A stretch of 64,000 nucleotides of DNA, from positions 1 to 64,000 of IMG/VR virus record IMGVR_UViG_3300035696_000018, one strand, 5' to 3'. Positions 31,847 through 42,555 of this stretch are shown here, piece by piece. Position numbers and translations under genes: made by a program. This stretch comes from a virus. The notes beneath the pieces are model-generated. The model was given only the letters and a program-made list of their open reading frames with translations. It was not told where the DNA came from and did not search any database. Every line of letters starts with the position of its first letter. Within the stretch, counting starts at the first letter, position 1.

Positions 31847-33874
31847 ATGGCCCCAGAGTATAACATCAAAATCAGCGAGCTAGACCCATTTACGTCACCA
31901 CGACGTACGGAAGACTTTTTCCCATTGGTTGATAGTTCGTCCATGACGACTTACCGAGCTACGATTCAAGATATTGGGTCATTGATAACACAGTCGCTTT
32001 CGGCATCGTATGTTCCTGCCACGGCGGTTATCGGGTCAGTTCAGTTTGCTACAAGTGCCTCGTGGGCATCGTGTAGCATTTCAGCTTCATGGGCAAAGTC
32101 GGCTTCTCATGCTCTGTTGTCGGATTCGGCATCGTGGTATCCTCCACAACAGTTTCCAGCATCCGCTTCGTGGGCCTCCCGCTCACTCCAAGCGTGGTAT
32201 TCAACTCGCTCCATTGATGTGGACACTCATGGGCCACAATACAATTTCCCATACTGGACAAGTAATACGCCTGGGGCAGGAAATGGAAATCTGAACCCAG
32301 ATTCTCCGATTGTTTACTATCCATATTCTGGGGACACGGGGCTTCTAACCATTGATAGTGCGTCAACAGCTTTGATTTCCTCTTATCCATATCCAGCTCA
32401 ACCATATTTTCAGGTATGGCAATATGGAGATAGAGCCAATGTTCCGTGGGGATTTGCTGGCGTCACTGGAATTCAATCAATTTGGCCAATTACGTCTCAA
32501 ACGTTCATCGGGACTGACCAGAGAGATTGGTATTTCACTACATCTTCAACCCCTCATGCTGGATATGACCCTTACCTGCAAGTAACCAACAGTTATTTCT
32601 CGGGAAGTGCGGGTGATTCAACCAGTGGGTCATTCTATACAATTCCGAATGCACCAGGGGCATTAGCATCCATTTTCAATGGTAAGTGGGTTCGGTTTGC
32701 TGCTCGAAGCATAACTCCAGCGGCTATTCCAAATCCAGTACCACCACACGCCGCTATGGGAGAAATGTGGTCCAATGAAGACCAAATCATGAAGGGTCTC
32801 ATTTCCATTCAGGTAGGGACTACTCTTGGTTCAGGAGGTTCTAATGCTTGGAATCAAGTTGATTTCTATGTTCATCAGAATCAATGGGGCGGTGGAATAA
32901 GTGCCACGGTTCTTCACGCAAATACCTACGGGCCACAACTCATTCGTGCCATTCGACTTCATACCGCTGCACCAAATCACGACCCATCAATGTGTATTGA
33001 TGTTCTGATTGATGGACTTTACTCGGGTGGAGAAGCTCCAGGTTACTTGGGCGAGCCAGTCATGAGCGTAAAGGCACAGTCATGGCAAGGAATACGTTTC
33101 TTGAAATGGCTCAACGTTGACCCGTGGCCTTTCCAAGACACTGGAAGCAATGACATCACTCAAGATTCAACTCAACTGATTTTCCCTGCGGCACCTGGAT
33201 TCTATTCCAATGTTTCCAAGGCCATGAATTACTACGTTCAAGGAAAGAACGTGGTGATTTGGCCAAACGCAAATCAGTTGACTCAAAGCGGGGCATCAAT
33301 CCTTGCTCAAGCCAGCACCCAATCCCTCTTTGTCAGCGGGAACATCAATACCAACACGGCTTACTGTTGCGATAACAACGTTGGATTGACGACGCAAGTG
33401 GTTTATGGAACCAACAACTTGTATTTCTCGGGTGGTATTTTGATAGGAAAGTATCCTCCTGATGGTATGGTTACTCCTGCCGGAACTCCATGCGGTCAGA
33501 CTTTGAAGTACGCAGGCGGTCAAACGATGCCATTTGAACAAAACATCATCCTCGGCTCAGATACGGGACCAGTTATCGTGGCTTTCGACATGTATGATAA
33601 TCCAGACCGTTTGCAGGTATGGTTTGACGGCAACGTTGTTCATGATACTGGTTATCGTGGGGCACAGTCCTATGAGGCAACCCTCAATGCGGGGCTGACT
33701 GCTCACGGTTCGGCTTCGGAAACCCCGGCAACAATCATAAGCCCTGGTCAAGGAAACTTCACTTGGTATAAAAACTCGGCGACGACCTATGCCAAGATTC
33801 AAGTCTTCGCACCGGATGCTGGCACAGCCTGGAACTTTACCATGAGTTGCCCGAACCAGCCACTCCCGTCATAA
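31847..33874 (+). CDS. virion fibre-like protein
   Basis: IKISEL N-terminus, SASWA repeats, C-terminal domain shared with 45540-50711. Confidence 0.65.
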   Translation: MAPEYNIKISELDPFTSPRRTEDFFPLVDSSSMTTYRATIQDIGSLITQSLSASYVPATAVIGSVQFATSASWASCSISASWAKSASHALLSDSASWYPPQQFPASASWASRSLQAWYSTRSIDVDTHGPQYNFPYWTSNTPGAGNGNLNPDSPIVYYPYSGDTGLLTIDSASTALISSYPYPAQPYFQVWQYGDRANVPWGFAGVTGIQSIWPITSQTFIGTDQRDWYFTTSSTPHAGYDPYLQVTNSYFSGSAGDSTSGSFYTIPNAPGALASIFNGKWVRFAARSITPAAIPNPVPPHAAMGEMWSNEDQIMKGLISIQVGTTLGSGGSNAWNQVDFYVHQNQWGGGISATVLHANTYGPQLIRAIRLHTAAPNHDPSMCIDVLIDGLYSGGEAPGYLGEPVMSVKAQSWQGIRFLKWLNVDPWPFQDTGSNDITQDSTQLIFPAAPGFYSNVSKAMNYYVQGKNVVIWPNANQLTQSGASILAQASTQSLFVSGNINTNTAYCCDNNVGLTTQVVYGTNNLYFSGGILIGKYPPDGMVTPAGTPCGQTLKYAGGQTMPFEQNIILGSDTGPVIVAFDMYDNPDRLQVWFDGNVVHDTGYRGAQSYEATLNAGLTAHGSASETPATIISPGQGNFTWYKNSATTYAKIQVFAPDAGTAWNFTMSCPNQPLPS

Positions 33875-33984
33875 GCATATACGTATCTACATGCAAAGCC
33901 CCCCCCCCGTATAGTGTCAATTTCAAGACAATATAAATAATAAAAATTCATCTAAACTGATTTCCGTAACCTATTTATATTGGT

Positions 33985-34896
33985 ATGAGAAATATAATTC
34001 AGTTTAGTGAGTGGAGCAGGATTTGTTCGTCTTGTCTGTCTCCGATTTATTACTCCAACAAATATAAGATGCGATATGGGGAAACCCACAATTCTGTCTG
34101 TAGTCGCTGCAAATATTCAAAAATTTCTGTTTCTCTTACAGGAAAGCATTTATCTGATGAACATAAACAATCTCTAAAAAGAGGATGGGAGCACAGAAAA
34201 GAAAATGGATATATCCACCCGATGTTAGGACGAACTCATTCCGAGGAAACTAAACGGAAAATGTGTTTGGCAAAACAAAAATATAATCCATTTCTCGGAA
34301 AGCATCATACACAAGAAACCCTACAAAAAATGTCTCACGCATGGAAGGAAACCCCGAGGGATATGCAAAAAGTGATAGATGCAGCACGCATTAAAAACAT
34401 AGGAAGATTGCATAATCAAATACACAAGGAAAAAATATCTTTGGCTTTGTGTGGGCATAAGTTATCCGATAATACTAAACAAAAAATATCAAGTAAAATA
34501 TTGGGGTTGAAACGTTCAGATTCCACCAAAGAAAAATTACGAATAGCAAAATTAAATCAACTAAAATCTCAAGGGATATGCCGTGGTTATAATCCAGTCG
34601 CCTGTCAGTTTATATCAGAATTTGGAAATAGGTATGGATATGATTTCCAACACGGAATGAATGGTGGGGAAGTTATGATAGCTGGTTACATGGTTGATGG
34701 TTATGACAAAAGCAAAAATATCGTATTTGAATATGATGAACCAAAACATGAAAATTTCAATAGGAAAATGAAAGATTTGGAAAGGATTAGCCGTATTATC
34801 CAAAGAGTGAATTGCAAGGTAATTAGATATAGTAAACGATACAACACGTTTTATTGGTCTTTTCCTGATAGGTCGGAGATATTTATAAAAACATGA
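33985..34896 (+). CDS. NUMOD3-repeat homing endonuclease
   Basis: repeated GKH.S.E.K.K.S motifs; C-terminal VDGYD..VFEYDEPKH nuclease; AT-rich. Confidence 0.85.
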   Translation: MRNIIQFSEWSRICSSCLSPIYYSNKYKMRYGETHNSVCSRCKYSKISVSLTGKHLSDEHKQSLKRGWEHRKENGYIHPMLGRTHSEETKRKMCLAKQKYNPFLGKHHTQETLQKMSHAWKETPRDMQKVIDAARIKNIGRLHNQIHKEKISLALCGHKLSDNTKQKISSKILGLKRSDSTKEKLRIAKLNQLKSQGICRGYNPVACQFISEFGNRYGYDFQHGMNGGEVMIAGYMVDGYDKSKNIVFEYDEPKHENFNRKMKDLERISRIIQRVNCKVIRYSKRYNTFYWSFPDRSEIFIKT

Positions 34897-35894
34897 AATA
34901 TTTAATGTTTGACAAGATATTATTCGTTTCTGCTATGCTGCTCGCTTTATGCGGGGCATATTATTCTATCATCGGAATAGCAACTCTATTTAGTGGAGCA
35001 ATGCTCTCGGTAGGAATAATGGCGTGTGCAATAGAATTAGCGAAAATTTGTTCGGTGACATTTTTATATCGTTATTGGAATAAGACAAACAAAGTTATGA
35101 AGAACTATATGTGTATAGCATCTATAGTTTTGGTAATGATAACTTCGGTAGGAATTTCTGCATTTTTACTTGCTGCCTATCAGAAGTCATCCCTTGAATT
35201 CAAGGCGGGACAAGAGAGGATTGTAATGGTTGAGGGGCAGAAGACGTATCTGACCGACAAAATCGCCCAAGCCAAGTCTCGAATTGACACCCTGAACAAG
35301 ATGCGAGCATTGCAGGAAAGCCGTATGAATGAGTCACTTACGAATGCTTTCCTTACCCGAACTCCAATACAGTTCAAACAGTTGCAGGACCAAACGGCTG
35401 AGATGATTAAGACTGCCGATGCCAACATTGGCACTGAGCAGCAGACCATTCAGAAGACCACGGACGACATCGCCAAACTTGACCAGCAAGTGAATGAGAT
35501 GAAATTCGCCTCAGCCAACAAGAAGGACATTCGCACCTTTCAGTTCGTTGCTGACCAGTTTGGGACCACCCTCGACAAGGTAGCGAAATGGTTCATCTTC
35601 ACTATCATTTTTGTCTTTGACCCGATGGCAATCGCACTCATCCTTGCCTATAACGTGGTGACTTATCATAAACCAGAGGAACCAAAGGTGGAGTTAACCA
35701 AAGCGGAGTTTTTCGAAAAGTTGCCGATAGTTAATCCCCCCGAGGAATCAACCAACTCCGAAAATAAGGAAAAGGTGGAGATAGTTGATTCTCCATCAAA
35801 AGAGCCTGTGGCAGAGAATCCTGTAACTTCTACCTCGTCTTCCCCGTCTATAACCCAATCCAAACCTCAACCTCGTCCCAGTTGGTTGCAGTAA
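34893..35894 (+). CDS. membrane-anchored coiled-coil protein
   Basis: three N-terminal TM segments, coiled coil, IIFVFDPMAIAL. Confidence 0.75.
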   Translation: MKYLMFDKILFVSAMLLALCGAYYSIIGIATLFSGAMLSVGIMACAIELAKICSVTFLYRYWNKTNKVMKNYMCIASIVLVMITSVGISAFLLAAYQKSSLEFKAGQERIVMVEGQKTYLTDKIAQAKSRIDTLNKMRALQESRMNESLTNAFLTRTPIQFKQLQDQTAEMIKTADANIGTEQQTIQKTTDDIAKLDQQVNEMKFASANKKDIRTFQFVADQFGTTLDKVAKWFIFTIIFVFDPMAIALILAYNVVTYHKPEEPKVELTKAEFFEKLPIVNPPEESTNSENKEKVEIVDSPSKEPVAENPVTSTSSSPSITQSKPQPRPSWLQ

Positions 35895-36018
35895 ATAAAA
35901 TAAGTTGACGTATTGTTTGAGTTAGTATATCATTGGAGGCGAAAAGTAAAAAAATCTACCTTTTCGTCTTGAAACCTATATGTATGCGACGGTTAGTCAT
36001 AGAAAGTCAACTGACAAT

Positions 36019-36156
36019 ATGGACCAATCAGACATCGAATACACATTGGAACTACTCAACGACGCCATCACTGAAAAAGATTGGGATAAGGTGGAGGAAG
36101 CTCGTGAAACCTTGAAAGAATTCTTGGACCACGAGGAACTTCCCTTGGAAGAATAA
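36019..36156 (+). CDS. small acidic protein (45 aa)
   Basis: MDQSDIEYTLELL...LEE*. Confidence 0.55.
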   Translation: MDQSDIEYTLELLNDAITEKDWDKVEEARETLKEFLDHEELPLEE

Positions 36157-36157
36157 T

Positions 36158-36445
36158 ATGATTACACTTTTGACACTTGGTCTAGTTATCGCTTTGGTGC
36201 TTCTTCTCATTTCAGTCGCCATTATCAAACGGCTCATGGACCGCTGTGAGACCTACGAAGATTGGATACTAGACTTCAAAACAGATGTCATTGACACGTT
36301 GGAGCAGATGCGTGAAATTGACAAGTCGGCTGTCTTCTCTTCAAAACTCAACGACAAAGGAGTGTTTGAGTCTGACGACATAGTGGGTGGAGTTTTCAAG
36401 GAGCTAATGGACCTTGTTGATAAACTCAACCAACGAACCCAATAA
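36158..36445 (+). CDS. single-pass membrane protein
   Basis: N-terminal TM segment. Confidence 0.7.
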   Translation: MITLLTLGLVIALVLLLISVAIIKRLMDRCETYEDWILDFKTDVIDTLEQMREIDKSAVFSSKLNDKGVFESDDIVGGVFKELMDLVDKLNQRTQ

Positions 36446-37350
36446 TGAGAAAACACAAAACGGTTACACGTCGTTCCCGAGCACCCAAACATCGTCGTAA
36501 GTTTCAACAAAGAACCTCCCGCAAGCAGCGAAGGCATTATAGCCGCAAGCCTGCTGTGAAGGTGATTCCTGTCGTAACCATTTCCGAGGAACCTATCAAG
36601 CTTCCCCGCAAACGACGCACCAAGAATGTGTCCCGCATGTACTTCACCCAGGAGACAGAGGACGCAATCATTCTATACAATCAAACCGAAGACATCGCTC
36701 TTCGAGAGCAAATCTTCCAAGACAAAATCCTACACCCGTTCCAAAAACTCGTAGAGAACGTCTTCAATACGTTCAAGTTTTCGTATTTTGAAACTGGCCC
36801 GCAGGATGTCCAGAAAGAATGCTTAACTCACCTTGTTGCCAACATGCACAAGTTTGACCCTTCCCGTTCAAGCAAGGCGAACCCCAAAAAGAAAACGACT
36901 GCTTTCGCATACTTTTCTATCATCGCCAAACACTATCTTATCCTCCTGAACAACACCAACTACAAGAAGTTCAACCAGAACATTGAAATCAGCGAGGAAC
37001 GGGACGAGAACACCGTCCAGCTTCAACAAGACGACAGATATTACGCCCAGCAAGAATTGACCGACTTCATCAAGCTTATCATTGACTTCTGGGAAAAGAA
37101 CGTCGGGAAAATCTTCACCAAGCAAAGGGATTTGAATATTGCCAATGCTGTGGTGGAATTGTTCCGAAATTCCGAGCGTATTGATGCCTTCAACAAGAAA
37201 GCATTGTACCTCTACATCCGTGAAATTGCCTCATGCAAGACCCAACAAATCACCAAGGTCATCAATCGCATGAAGCAGTATCATGATACAATTCAAAAGT
37301 CGTACGTAGAGCATGGCACCGTGAATACGGAGCGATACGCAACGGCGTAA
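36445..37350 (+). CDS. phage late sigma-factor-like protein (gp55-like region 2)
   Basis: YFT..EDAI..YN, KFDP..AFAYFSIIAKHY motifs. Confidence 0.6.
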   Translation: MRKHKTVTRRSRAPKHRRKFQQRTSRKQRRHYSRKPAVKVIPVVTISEEPIKLPRKRRTKNVSRMYFTQETEDAIILYNQTEDIALREQIFQDKILHPFQKLVENVFNTFKFSYFETGPQDVQKECLTHLVANMHKFDPSRSSKANPKKKTTAFAYFSIIAKHYLILLNNTNYKKFNQNIEISEERDENTVQLQQDDRYYAQQELTDFIKLIIDFWEKNVGKIFTKQRDLNIANAVVELFRNSERIDAFNKKALYLYIREIASCKTQQITKVINRMKQYHDTIQKSYVEHGTVNTERYATA

Positions 37351-37420
37351 GTAAGTACTGCCCAGTAAAAAGTGCCCTTTTGCCCGTGTAAATTCGGGTG
37401 AAAGGGCTATTTATGTACGT

Positions 37421-37804
37421 ATGGCTGACCTAGATTTTGAAGTTTTCGGAGGCAAGACCTTTAAGGACTTGTGCAAGGATGTTGTCGAGCGGTCTATGGC
37501 AAAGAAGGACCAGATAGACATCATGATTAGTGACCTCCGTTCTCTTATCAAGCAACCCAACGATGTTCAGGTCTTTATTCCTCGCATCAAAGAACTTCTC
37601 GAAGTGGGTGTGAAAAACGACGAGCAGCTTATCAAGCTTGCCGCAGTTGTTCAACGAATTGCCAGCAGTCAGATTGAAGTTTCTGGTGGTGAAGGTGCAG
37701 GGTTGACAGAAGCGGAGAAAGAACAGTTGCGAAAAAATCAGATGGCGGTGATTGATACTCTCAAAAGTATCAAAACAGAAACCGACCAACCAGTCCCCAA
37801 GTAA
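37421..37804 (+). CDS. hypothetical phage protein
   Basis: ATG after TATTTAT; VKNDEQLIKLAAVVQR. Confidence 0.75.
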   Translation: MADLDFEVFGGKTFKDLCKDVVERSMAKKDQIDIMISDLRSLIKQPNDVQVFIPRIKELLEVGVKNDEQLIKLAAVVQRIASSQIEVSGGEGAGLTEAEKEQLRKNQMAVIDTLKSIKTETDQPVPK

Positions 37805-37807
37805 CCT

Positions 37808-39394
37808 ATGGCTTATTGGAAAGGCAGTTCTAAAAACACAAGACCGCTGGATAGCTACGGTGTAGCCACGAGCCATACCGCAGGCGGCGGTGCTGGGCGT
37901 GAATTCCACGAGTTGGAGTTTGGCGTGGTCCTTGACATCGTGTTGGACCTCAAGCATCCCATCTTCACAAGTGCTAACACTCAACAAACTCGCATTGACA
38001 CTGACCGATGGCCCGTGGATTTGACAGATGCCCCGCCAGCCAAAGGAGACCCAGATTTGACATGGATTGGCCGTGCCCTTATTCGCCCTCTCGTCTCAGG
38101 GCAAATCATTGAAAAGGACCAACTCCGATGGGCATATCCGATGGAGACAAACTTTACGGAATACCCGCTCATCAACGAAACTGTCATTCTGTTCGAGCAA
38201 GACGACAAACTTTACTATAGCCGAAAAGTCAACTGCCGAAATTGGGTAAACAACAACCTCGATTTCACGATTGAGGGTGGAACGTCTGGACAATCCAACA
38301 TGGAATTGTTCACGAGGACACCATACACGGGGCGAATCCAAACGAATACGGATTGGAAAGCCGATTCTGGATACCACGGGTATGCAGGGAAGTATTTCTA
38401 TGGAAGCCCCAAGATGCGTACTTTGCACCGCTTCGAGGGAGACATTCTTGTAGAAAGCCGCTTCGGTTCCGAACTCCTGATGAAGGCATTCGATAAGAAC
38501 CGTGGAAACGATGTGGGAGACACAAAGTACCCCGATTACAAGAATAGCGGCAATCCAATGCTTATTCTTCGCAACCGTCAACGCCCATTGCTCAAAGTTG
38601 GGCAAACGCTTTCGTTGAAACACAGCCCGAATCCTGCGACAGTCGTGGGAACCGTTGAAGAGAAGAATGTCGGCGGGTATCTCGATGAGAATATCAATCA
38701 TGATGGGTCATCCATGTATATGACTTCGGGACTTACCATTAGCGAATGGGTAACGACCTGTTATAAGCGGATGTTTCATGACTCGAAGGATGAAGAAGTA
38801 GCCAAGTTTCGAGGGCCGAGCACGTTTGTATATCCAAATCCGATGAAGGGAGACCAGATTGTCATCAACTCCGACCGTCTTGTGCTTTCGGCTCGTTATG
38901 CTGAAATCCTTTCCTATTCCAAAAAGAGATACGGAATTTGCACCGACAACGAGTTCACGGTGGATGCACACCAGCAGATTGTGATGACAACCCATACCAA
39001 GACTGTTTTGAACTCGCCCGCCATTTATCTCGGGCAGTATGATGCCACAAACGAGCCAGTATTGCTTGGGCAGACAACTGTCAATTGGCTATACGAATTG
39101 TGCAATTGGCTACTGGCTCATACGCACTGGTATAAGCACTCCCACACGAATGCGGGGGAAGAATCTCCACACCAAACCCAAGTACCTGTTGAAGTTCAAC
39201 AACTGATACAGCTACGGGATAAGTTACACAAACTCATGAGCCGCCGTGTCTATGTAGTAGGCGGTGGGCTTGAGGCTGGCCAAGACGGGGCAAGTATCCC
39301 CGAGGGCACTCCACCCGTCAAGATTCAGGTCTATGACAGCGGTGCTGGGGCACCAGGAGGCTTTAAGGGACAAAACTATCGTCCGTCAGCCTAA
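37808..39394 (+). CDS. baseplate hub/spike-like protein
   Basis: YPLINETV, EGD..ESRFG, GDQIVINSDRLV, EPVLLG, HTH tip motif; upstream of gp25-like gene. Confidence 0.6.
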   Translation: MAYWKGSSKNTRPLDSYGVATSHTAGGGAGREFHELEFGVVLDIVLDLKHPIFTSANTQQTRIDTDRWPVDLTDAPPAKGDPDLTWIGRALIRPLVSGQIIEKDQLRWAYPMETNFTEYPLINETVILFEQDDKLYYSRKVNCRNWVNNNLDFTIEGGTSGQSNMELFTRTPYTGRIQTNTDWKADSGYHGYAGKYFYGSPKMRTLHRFEGDILVESRFGSELLMKAFDKNRGNDVGDTKYPDYKNSGNPMLILRNRQRPLLKVGQTLSLKHSPNPATVVGTVEEKNVGGYLDENINHDGSSMYMTSGLTISEWVTTCYKRMFHDSKDEEVAKFRGPSTFVYPNPMKGDQIVINSDRLVLSARYAEILSYSKKRYGICTDNEFTVDAHQQIVMTTHTKTVLNSPAIYLGQYDATNEPVLLGQTTVNWLYELCNWLLAHTHWYKHSHTNAGEESPHQTQVPVEVQQLIQLRDKLHKLMSRRVYVVGGGLEAGQDGASIPEGTPPVKIQVYDSGAGAPGGFKGQNYRPSA

Positions 39395-39416
39395 ACACAC
39401 ACATATTTATAAGAGT

Positions 39417-40139
39417 ATGAAAAAGTCAGAACTCACACAACTCACACAGTTAATCGAGGTTCTCGTTGAACGAGAAATCAAGAAACAGCTTCCAAAGCTG
39501 ATAGGCGAAGTATTCCAGAACATGGTTGGGAAATCTATGGTCACTGAAAGGGTGATGGTTCCCGAGCGTGAGGACTACATTGCCAAGGAAATAGAAGCTG
39601 CGACAATCAAGCAAGACCCACACGAATTTCGTGCGTCTTTGAAGGAACTCTTTACGGGTGCGACTCCCGTAACCAGAGCAGAATTGGAAACTGGAGCACC
39701 ACCGCCGCCGCCGAGAGTGCCAAAGCATTATACCAAAGACCCAGTTCTGAATCAGATTTTGAATGAAACTACTGGCGACCTGCGTCAACGTGAAAGTATG
39801 ACTGGAATGGCGGCATTTCAAGGTGGATACAATCCAATGCCAGGAGCGACTGCCGTAGTGGGGGTTGGAGAAATGATGCCAGAGTCAGAAATGCCTGCAT
39901 TTGCCCGTAATATGCCGACAATGCCTCACCCCGCAGCCGTGAGCAAGGCTCCGAACATGAACATCCCCGTGTCTCAGCCGTCCACGAGCGATGGTCATGC
40001 CCCTATGGCAGCGTTACCACAAGGGCTTTCGGCTTTGGACGTAGCCAGAGCGGTGACGCCAGCACCCGTAGCAGAAGCAATGACAAACTTTGCACGTATG
40101 AGGGCAGTTCTCGAAGCGTCAAAGGGCAAGAGATACTAA
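39417..40139 (+). CDS. hypothetical phage protein
   Basis: ATG after TATTTATA; DPVLNQILNET. Confidence 0.7.
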   Translation: MKKSELTQLTQLIEVLVEREIKKQLPKLIGEVFQNMVGKSMVTERVMVPEREDYIAKEIEAATIKQDPHEFRASLKELFTGATPVTRAELETGAPPPPPRVPKHYTKDPVLNQILNETTGDLRQRESMTGMAAFQGGYNPMPGATAVVGVGEMMPESEMPAFARNMPTMPHPAAVSKAPNMNIPVSQPSTSDGHAPMAALPQGLSALDVARAVTPAPVAEAMTNFARMRAVLEASKGKRY

Positions 40140-40140
40140 A

Positions 40141-40569
40141 ATGCCAACAGTACCACTCATCAAAAATACACCTATTGGATTGTCTCTCCCGATTAGGGAT
40201 GGGAGCGTGGGATATTTTGAGCAAACAACCGATACATTCAATGCGTATCGGATGAATATCATCAATCTTCTACGAACAAGGCCAGGAGAACGTAGGCTAA
40301 ACCCTACGTTCGGATGTCGTTTGTGGAGTTTGGTATTCGAACAGAATGACGATTTCATCCCAAAAAAGGTTGAAAACATCATTCGGTCTGATGTAGCTCA
40401 ATGGATTCCAGGCGTAACCGTCAATTCGGTGCAAGTAAAATACCAAGATACTGACTCAAGTGTGGACTTGCGGGATATTTATAAACTATACATCATCGTC
40501 TCGTTCACCATTGATTCAATAAATGCGTCCGATGCGGTGGAGCTAACCCTCGACGTGAATAAGGTTTAA
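40141..40569 (+). CDS. baseplate wedge gp25-like protein
   Basis: NIINLLRTRPGERRLNPTFGCRL..LVFE. Confidence 0.9.
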   Translation: MPTVPLIKNTPIGLSLPIRDGSVGYFEQTTDTFNAYRMNIINLLRTRPGERRLNPTFGCRLWSLVFEQNDDFIPKKVENIIRSDVAQWIPGVTVNSVQVKYQDTDSSVDLRDIYKLYIIVSFTIDSINASDAVELTLDVNKV

Positions 40570-40574
40570 GACAT

Positions 40575-42554
40575 ATGGCAACCACAGTACAAAAATCCTT
40601 TGCCCCAAACAGCAAAGACATTCGCTACCTCAATCGGGACTTTTCCCAGTTGCGGGACGCTCTCATTAACTTTGCCAAGGTCTATTACCCGAATACCTAC
40701 AAGGATTTCTCCCCCGCTGCCCCTGGCATGATGTTCATTGAACAAGCAGCCTACGTCGGTGACGTTTTGAGCTACTACACGGATTACGCTTTCAAGGAAG
40801 GCACCCTCCAAAGTGCAACGGAACGTAAGAACATCATTGCTCTTGCTCGCTATTTGGGATACAAAGTCAAGCCATCTTCCGCAGCAACGGGAATAGTAAA
40901 CTTGATGCAGCTTTGCCCATCCGCTGATGATGGCTCGGGGAATTACTACCCCGATTCCAACTACTTCCTTTCGGTTCAGGAAAATACACAGTTCTCCAAC
41001 ACCAATGGCTCGTACTTCATTTTGACCGCAGCCGTTGACTTCTCGGTGAGTTCTTCGCTATCACCAAGAATTGAAACGGTGTACTCCCGAAATAGCGACG
41101 GGACGCCACAATTCTTCTTGCTGACCAAGCAAGGTCCAGTAAGTTCTGGACAAATCATCAGCCGCCAAGTGACAGTTGGAAATCCATCTCCATACTTCAC
41201 GATTCAGTTGACCGAAGATAATGTCCTCGGGATTGTGGATGTTTATGATTCGGACAACAACCGATGGTACGAAGTGGACTACCTAGCACAAGGGTTGGTT
41301 CCAATCGCCATTCCAAACGATGCCGAATATGAAGGTTCGCTTTCGCAATACAAGGATTCGGTGCCGTACATCTTAAACTACCTCCAGACTTCTCGTAAAT
41401 TCATCACCACCGTTGATGAGAACAATCTGACTACAATTTCATTCGGGGCGGGAGTGGACGGAGTTGACGACGAGTTGGTGACGTTCGATTCAGACCTCAT
41501 TGGTGTGGGTCTCCAGAACATCTCGAATGTGAATGTTCCACTTGACCCGAGCAACTTCCTTTCCAACGAGAACTTTGGTATAGCACCGCAGAACACGACG
41601 CTTACTGTACGCTATCTGATTGGTGGTGGACTCAACTCCAACTGCCAAACGGACGAAATTCGGGACGTGGTGTCAGCCGTATTTGACAATCCAACGGAAG
41701 GATTACTTCCAGAGCAAGTTGACTTGCTCAACACGGTCAAAAACTCACTGGCTGTCACCAACCCGTCCCCATGCACGGGAGGAAAGGATGCGGAAACCAA
41801 CGACGAGATTCGCATGAACGCAATGGCGAACTTCTCGGCACAGAACAGAACGGTCACTCAAAACGACTATCTGGTTCGGCTGTATTCCCTCCCGGCACAA
41901 TTTGGCTCTATTGCCAAGGCCCAAGTCATTGCTGACACCAGCCTTCAAGCGGGAGTCAACAAGATTCTCGTGGGAATTGTGGACCAAAACAACATTGCTC
42001 AAGTCGTTGACAATAGCGATAACAACTACTTCCGTCGCATCGCATACGATAACACGAACCCGTTCGCCATCAACGTGTATATTTTGAGCTACGATGCCAA
42101 CAAGAACTTGGTCCCGCCAAATCAAGCGTTGGTGACAAACTTGATTACGTATATCAAGAACTTTCGCATGATTACGGATGGTGTAAACATCATTGATGGT
42201 TACATCATCAACATTGGAGTGGATTTCACTATCACGGTGTACAAGGGATACAACAAAAAGGACGTGTTGACGAACTGTATTCAAACCGTACAGGATTTCT
42301 TCAACATTGACAACTGGAATTTCTCTCAACCAATCAATCTGAGCCAGTTGCAGCTTGAAATTGCCAAGGTGGATGGCGTGCAATCAGTCGTGAGCGTAGA
42401 TATTTATAACCTGACAGCTTTGGACGGAAACTATTCATCGGTGCAGTATGACCTGGACGCCGCAACTAAAAACGGAGTCATTTATCCATCGGTGGACCCA
42501 AGCATTTTCGAGGTAAAGTACCCCGATAGCGACATTCGAGGCTCCGTATTATAA
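40575..42554 (+). CDS. baseplate wedge gp6/J-like protein
   Basis: YLNRDF..L, AYVGDVLSYY, GGKDAET..IR..QNR.VT..DY. Confidence 0.9.
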   Translation: MATTVQKSFAPNSKDIRYLNRDFSQLRDALINFAKVYYPNTYKDFSPAAPGMMFIEQAAYVGDVLSYYTDYAFKEGTLQSATERKNIIALARYLGYKVKPSSAATGIVNLMQLCPSADDGSGNYYPDSNYFLSVQENTQFSNTNGSYFILTAAVDFSVSSSLSPRIETVYSRNSDGTPQFFLLTKQGPVSSGQIISRQVTVGNPSPYFTIQLTEDNVLGIVDVYDSDNNRWYEVDYLAQGLVPIAIPNDAEYEGSLSQYKDSVPYILNYLQTSRKFITTVDENNLTTISFGAGVDGVDDELVTFDSDLIGVGLQNISNVNVPLDPSNFLSNENFGIAPQNTTLTVRYLIGGGLNSNCQTDEIRDVVSAVFDNPTEGLLPEQVDLLNTVKNSLAVTNPSPCTGGKDAETNDEIRMNAMANFSAQNRTVTQNDYLVRLYSLPAQFGSIAKAQVIADTSLQAGVNKILVGIVDQNNIAQVVDNSDNNYFRRIAYDNTNPFAINVYILSYDANKNLVPPNQALVTNLITYIKNFRMITDGVNIIDGYIINIGVDFTITVYKGYNKKDVLTNCIQTVQDFFNIDNWNFSQPINLSQLQLEIAKVDGVQSVVSVDIYNLTALDGNYSSVQYDLDAATKNGVIYPSVDPSIFEVKYPDSDIRGSVL

Positions 42555-42555
42555 T

